Positions 19,208 to 23,697 of a stretch of 23,697 bases of DNA are shown here, piece after piece. The notes beneath the pieces were generated by a model. The model worked only from the letters and a program-made list of their open reading frames with translations. It was not told the DNA's origin and searched no databases. Numbering within the stretch: position 1 is the first letter of the stretch; each line of letters opens with the position of its first letter. Source of the DNA: Octopus sinensis. Lineage: Eukaryota. The position numbers and the translations under genes were made by a program. The stretch is taken from NCBI RefSeq assembly GCF_006345805.1, contig NW_021836591.1:1-23697 (forward strand), given 5' to 3'.

Positions 19208-19912
19208 ACGACAGATGAAATCGTTTCTACTCTAGCCACAAGGCCGAAATTTCTGGGGAGGGGGCTTGTCGATCAGTTCGACCCCAGTACGCACAGTATT
19301 AATTTATCGACCCCGAAAGAAGTGAACGCAAAGTCACCTCACGAAATCTGAGCATAAGGCGTAACGCAGATAAATCGCTTCTATCTCTAGGCACAAGGCC
19401 CGAAATTTCTGGGGAGGGGGCTTGTCGATTAGTTCGACCCCAGTATGCAACTGGTAGTTAATTTATCGACCCCGAAAGAATGAACGGCAAAGTCGACCTC
19501 AGCGAAATCTGAGCATAAGGCGTAACGACAGATGAAATCGCTTCTACTCTAGGCACAAGGCCCGAAATTTCTGGGGAGGGGGCTTGTCGATTAGTTCGAC
19601 CCCAGTATGCAACTGGTAGTTAATTTATCGACCCCGAAAGAATGAACGGCAAAGTCGACCTCAGCGAAATCTGACATAAGGCGTAACGACAGATGAAATC
19701 TTTTCTACTCTAGGCACAAGGCCCGAAATTTCTGGGAAGGGGGCTAGTGGATCAGTTCGACCCCAGTACGCAACTGGTACGTGATTTATCGACCCCGAAA
19801 GAATGAACGGCAAAGTCGACCTCAGCAGAATCTGAACAAGAGCGTAACGACAGATGAAATGTTGCAAAGGACTTTGCCCGGCGTGTTTACCATTCTGCCA
19901 GCTCGTTGCCTT
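19208..19912 (-). repeat. SINE family B head plus four tandem ~161-bp body/tail units
   Basis: Units start at 19208, 19364, 19525 and 19686 (156, 161, 161, 161 bp); a single head at 19847-19912 (reverse complement AAGGCAACGAGCTGGCAGAATGG). Confidence 0.9.
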
Positions 19913-20471
19913 AGTAACGGTAATGAAAATAAATAAATAAATAATAAATAGATAAATAAGCCCAATAACAATGGAAATAATAATTAAAAAACAAAATAAG
20001 CTGGCGTAGAATACAATAAGACACGTGACCCAGACCATCCCACCTAATAAAATCTTTTTTACACTTTGGTCTATTATGTTTTTTTAATTCCTTTCAACTT
20101 TTAATCTTTACTCTTTAACCTCATCCAGCCATGCCCCCCCCCTAGTCTCTACTCACTTTATATTTTGACACTACAAAATCACTTTATTTGTTTTTAATAC
20201 GTTATTTTACTTTTCTATCGTCAAATCTCACCTTATCTCTTCTCTATCTCTTTCCTATCTTACATCTTACGATCGCTTTCTTCACACCACTATTATTATT
20301 ATTTCAGTCAATAGTTTTATCCTCGTTTTTATTAATCTTTTTTTGTTGTAATCATTACCACCTGACCATCGCAACTAGTATTTTGATTATGATTAGTACT
20401 TTCATAATAATAATAATAATAATAAATAATAATAAGGATAATTAGAATGATGATGGTGGTGGTAATAATGA

Positions 20472-20610
20472 TTCTGAGTTCAAATTCCGCCGAGGTCAGC
20501 TAAAGAAGTACTAGTTACACACTGGGGTCGATATAATCGACTTAATCCATTTGTCTGTCCTTGCTTGTCCTCTCTGTGTTTAGACCCTTGTGGGTAGTAA
20601 ATAAATAGGC
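20472..20610 (+). mobile_element. SINE family B fragment, tail type 2, internally deleted
   Basis: TTCTGAGTTCAAATTCCGCCGAGGTC ... ACTGGGGTCGATATAATCGACTTAATCC ... GTGGGTAGTAAATAAATAGG. Confidence 0.8.
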
Positions 20611-20733
20611 AATAATGATGATAATGAAGATGATGATGATGATGATGATGATGATGGTGATGGTGATGGTGATGGTGGTGATGATGGTGATGATGGTGAT
20701 GATGGTGATGATGGTGATGATGATGATGATGAT
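20611..20733. repeat. (GAT)n/(GGT)n microsatellite
   Basis: Directly visible. Confidence 0.95.
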
Positions 20734-20810
20734 GCGGTACCAGGCAGTGACCAAATTCTAACTGGGTCCCACCCGCAAGGTCATGCGTTGTTTATCTTGA
20801 ACTTCTGCCG

Positions 20811-20978
20811 ACTCTTTCGCCACAACTTTCTCTCTCATCCTCCCCCCCCCCCCATTGCATCTTGCAGCTCACCTGCGACGGACCGGCGTCCCGTCCAGGT
20901 GGGGTAACCTATACGCCAAGGAAACCGGGAAACCGGTCCTTATGAGCCAGGCGTGACTCGAGAAGGAACAAACAACAA
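20811..20978 (+). mobile_element. SINE family C body and tail, headless
   Basis: ACTCTTTCGCCACAACTTTCTCTC matches the reverse complement of 597-620; CTGCGACGGACCGGCGTCCCGTCCAG...GAAACCGGGAAACCGG..ATGAGCC matches the tails at 494-563 and 732-810. Confidence 0.7.
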
Positions 20979-21810
20979 TGTGCGTGCGCGCGCGAGTATG
21001 TGTGGGTGGCGCGCGTGTGTGTTTAGACCAAAAATCATATATTTACTAGTCGTCTCTGAGGAGATGGCCATGTGGTAAGAAGATAATATACACCAATTTA
21101 CCTTATTTTTTTCAGTATCATTGTGTTGTTTCTTAGCACAGATTGCGACAATCGAGTGAAATCGCCTACTTTATCGTTACAATGTATGATACTTCGAGTT
21201 TTGTTGTACACAGATTTGTTACAGTTCTGTTATCCATTCTATAGGTAGTTAAGTGCATCCGTGGGCGACTGCTAGAAGATGGATGGAAGAAAGAGAGAGA
21301 GAAAGAGTAAAAGAATGTAGACAAGCAGAAAGTTGTATAGTCCCTCCGTGACAAGCCATACGTGTAGTGCTCCTATTCCAAGTGAAAGAGGCTCCGTATT
21401 TATATTTTGGGTTCTGTATTTATAATTTTTTCTAATTAAATTAGGTCATGCAAAGCAAAGGATTTTTCGCCTGTTATATGTCTTGATCTAAGTCTGACTA
21501 GAAAATGTTACAGTCTAGAAGCTGACTCATGAATCCGAGAACAATAGGAAGGAACACGGTTTTTGAATCTTGGCTATGAATCTAAGGAGGTATTCGCAAC
21601 TCGTCTATCAATACCAGTTCTCTAAGGCCTGTGATTCGCCACTTCAATTCTCCGAGTAACTCCTGCTTACATTTTACTGTTTTTAGGAGTGTGTAACACC
21701 ATAGCTCTCCTGTTTTACTGGCTTTGACGTCTAACCCCATGAGTATTAACAACCGGCTTGGTTTCCGTTTAAACACCCTTACTTCACAAATACAACAGTT
21801 CATCAACCCC

Positions 21811-22158
21811 CTTTTTTTTTAACGATACACTCTCGGCTCGCTATTGGTTACGACGACGAGAGTTCAAGTTGATCCGATCGACGGAACAGCCTGCACGTGA
21901 CATTAATGTGCAAGTGGCTGAGCGTTCCACAGACACACGTACTCTCAACGTAGTTCTCGGGCAGAGCCAGCATGACACAGAATATATTTATGGCTAGCCT
22001 TTTGAATTACAGGCACAATTCACTTTTGCGAGCTGAATGTACCGGAAGAACGTAAAGTTAAGTGTCTTGGTCAAGGTCAAAACGCACCGCCGGGAATCGA
22101 ACTCACGATCTCACGATCGTGAACCGAATACCCTAACCACTAAGCCACGCGCCTTCAC
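21811..22158 (-). mobile_element. tRNA-derived SINE, family C head variant 2-like, with a different body and tail
   Basis: A box TGGCTTAGTGG (reverse complement of 22137-22147), B box GAGTTCGATTCCC (reverse complement of 22092-22104), tail CCCGAGAACTACGTT...GGCTGTTCCGTCGATCGGATCAAC...CGTCGTCGTAACC, A-run at 21811-21820. Confidence 0.8.
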
Positions 22159-22159
22159 T

Positions 22160-22303
22160 AACGACACACACACACAGATACAGTATCACACTCACATACA
22201 CGCCATTTACCTTCTCGGGCCTCACGGTTTACTCAACACATGTACAGGCACTTCATCCAACGCATGTTCATACTTCACCAAATAAACTCTCTGTCATACA
22301 CAC

Positions 22304-22339
<36 letters not shown>

Positions 22340-22690
22340 ATATTTCACCACCCTTGTTCTACGCACGCACCAATACACTGTATAAACACGCACCCACTCC
22401 CCACATCATCACAACACACATATTTCACACCTCCTTCCCTCCCTCCACATACTATACACTATACTACACCACTTCGTTTCTACGCTCGCACTGCATACAA
22501 ATACACCGACATACCCCATGCTCACCCACCTTCTCTATTCACGTACAGACACACATATATACAATCACACCCACATACACTCATACACACACTCACACAC
22601 AATCACACACACACACACACAATCCCACACATACTCACACACAATCACACATACACACTTCTTCACCTACCCACCTACCATACACGTCAA
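22160..22690. repeat. CA-rich degenerate low-complexity tract
   Basis: Directly visible: (CA)n with CAATCA interruptions. Confidence 0.85.
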
Positions 22691-23409
22691 ACATTTCAAA
22701 AATTTTCTTTTGTTCACACAAAATGGTTTTGTCGTCAGAAATCAGAATATTGCGTTGAAATATTTCAAAATGGCTCCCGGGCTGAAAGTCAGACAATGTT
22801 TGTATAACACTTAAAGAGGCCAACAATGGCGTGAATTTGGATAATGAACTGAAAGGAGGATGTAGTAAAATGTTGTTGAAATGCCCAAAACACGAGACTG
22901 CATCCGGTGATAAGACACCAGCCTCGCGTCGTTATTTTGACCAAAAATGTTATCTAAAGGCTTGGTTGGGAAGTTCTACCACACCCATCGTATACTTCTG
23001 TCAGAGCACCTTCAGAATATAACGTTTTCTGGTCGCTCTTTAACAGTCTGCGTGGTGTTTTGTTCAACAACGACGTGGACACGAAAATGTCGAACGTGGC
23101 TCGATGAATTGACAAGAACGTAGGACGTTGGCAAGAAACTGTGAACAAAGGAAGAGAATAAATTCTGGACTGATTTGTTAAAACTGTTAATGAAAAGAAG
23201 GATTGAAATAAATGGAGAAAATAAACAGAAGAATATACACACATGCATACATACATGAGAATATATACATAAAACATACAAATCTGCACATATATACATA
23301 CATACAAAAATACCCTGTTGTTGAAATTTCAATGAAGGGATCTTGGATCTAGATTAGAAACCGGTTCTTTCTCTAAGGGAAAGAAATCTTGAAATAAACT
23401 GAGTAATGA

Positions 23410-23666
23410 CGTACATATACACAAACATATATACATACATACATACATACATAAATCTATATCCACAGGTGCATGTTTGTATGAATGCGTGCATGTATGT
23501 ATCTATCTATGTGTGCATGCATAGGTATATATATATAATGTATATATGTGTGTGTATATGTATATATTCATATATATATACGTATGTATATATACCTATA
23601 TATACATTTATATATATACATATATATATATACATATATAATATATATACACACAACTATACATAT

Positions 23667-23697
<31 letters not shown>
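23410..23697. repeat. (AT)/(ATAC)/(ATGT) microsatellite running to the window end
   Basis: Directly visible. Confidence 0.95.

Noticed and set aside
21570-21810. Possible LINE RT fragment (VDELLYL..., TRRIEVA)
   Set aside because: Motif spacing is about twice that in RTs, with several stops in between.
22085-22158. tRNA genes at SINE heads (also 630-712 and 860-932)
   Set aside because: A and B boxes are present, but I could not fold a complete cloverleaf, and each continues into a SINE body.

Overview
Repeat-dense, AT-rich animal DNA, intergenic or deep intronic. The three tRNA-derived SINE families and the Helitron ends look like octopus (cephalopod) repeats; this is recognition from memory, not a database result. 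I found no intact host gene. The only substantial protein homology is a disrupted Helitron PIF1-like helicase (12820-14422: in-frame TAG at 13195, +1 frameshift near 14390) and a decayed RTE-type LINE 3' fragment (10248-10866, minus). The centre of the window is a nested stack: a SINE 5' half (11361-11512), then a Rep-less Helitron with both termini (A|TC at 11513; hairpin-CTAG|T at 15742) carrying a probable solo LTR (14496-15632, ATAT duplication), then a type I hammerhead-ribozyme-like motif (16080-16211), then a matching SINE 3' half (16735-16963). Other structures: a degenerate 69-bp minisatellite (5173-6047), a higher-order GATA/GGAT/GACA/GGTA array inside a two-copy duplication (8006-9498), a ~240-bp near-perfect palindrome with a 1-nt centre (18833-19072), and a SINE body amplified into a 4 x ~161-bp array (19208-19912). 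Nearly all ORFs in the supplied track are microsatellite or repeat artefacts. I do not see a new multi-gene system. The best leads are the ribozyme-like motif and the structured repeats.
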